Below, piece after piece: positions 63,854 through 64,000 of a stretch of 64,000 bases of DNA. A program made the position numbers and the translations under genes. The stretch's first letter is position 1; each line of letters starts with the position of its first letter. The notes under the pieces were generated by a model. That model saw only the letters and a program-made list of their open reading frames with translations, had not been told where the DNA came from and searched no databases. The DNA comes from Kiritimatiellia bacterium. Lineage in GTDB: Bacteria > Verrucomicrobiota > Kiritimatiellia > RFP12 > UBA1067. The stretch lies in the NCBI GenBank assembly GCA_017652705.1, contig JAGCAM010000079.1:11475-75474 (forward strand). The letters run 5' to 3'.

Positions 63854-64000
63854 AATTAGCGCTCCGCTGTACACCCGGGCGGCGCTTTCCGGAAATTCCA
63901 AATCACCTTACCGTCACTGCCGCCAAGGGCTATTGCCGCGGCAAAAGGCGTGGCGCGACACCGGTGGACAAGGTTTTGAAATCTCCGTTCCATTCAACGA

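Noticed and set aside
1-64000. CRISPR arrays, tandem repeats, IS elements, prophage or defence-system genes.
   Set aside because: On reading the sequence I saw no regularly spaced direct repeats. No ORF has transposase, integrase, Cas, restriction, toxin-antitoxin or phage structural signatures. The apparent GCC/GCG repeats are Ala-rich signal peptides and linkers.

Overview
This is a GC-rich bacterial chromosomal segment (GC not computed). Its gene content resembles the PVC superphylum (Lentisphaerota, Kiritimatiellota or Verrucomicrobiota), but that placement is only an inference. All family calls come from reading motifs in the translated ORFs; no database search was run.

All of the roughly 45 supported protein-coding genes lie on the minus strand. 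The plus strand carries only a tRNA-Tyr and a decayed PIG-L/LmbE-type deacetylase gene.

Housekeeping genes present are proS, rubrerythrin, a small nucleotide-sugar/GT2 cluster, clpC, dnaB, tsaE, an acyl-CoA ligase, coaX, nadC and an M18 aminopeptidase. They are interleaved with a dense set of secreted glycan-processing genes:
- four DUF4838-type copies
- a GH127-DUF4838core-GH2 triple fusion of 1749 aa
- a GH3
- two giant CBM9-like/GH42-like paralogs of 1672 and 1416 aa
- a secreted ADP-ribosylglycohydrolase
- repeated sets of TAT-exported Gfo/Idh/MocA oxidoreductases, TAT-exported xylose-isomerase-like TIM barrels and DUF1080 (3-keto-disaccharide hydrolase) proteins

Main second-look items:
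1. A recurrent extended -10 box (TGnTAnAnT) sits 6-8 nt from eight ATGs, implying leaderless transcripts.
2. A leaderless clpC operon has a first gene that looks like a McsA zinc ribbon fused to a kinase-less McsB C-terminal region, and a last gene that is a translationally coupled metallophosphoesterase.
3. N-terminal and C-terminal GH2 remnants flank a GH3 + DUF4838 pair.
4. There are unusual fusions: GH127-DUF4838-GH2, and Gfo/Idh/MocA-DUF4838-CBM9.
5. An orphan, divergent V-type ATPase B-subunit gene stands at the head of the glycan cluster.
6. Two oxidoreductase/TIM-barrel/DUF1080 sets suggest periplasmic oxidative (3-keto) glycoside cleavage.

I found no CRISPR array, transposase, integrase or phage genes.
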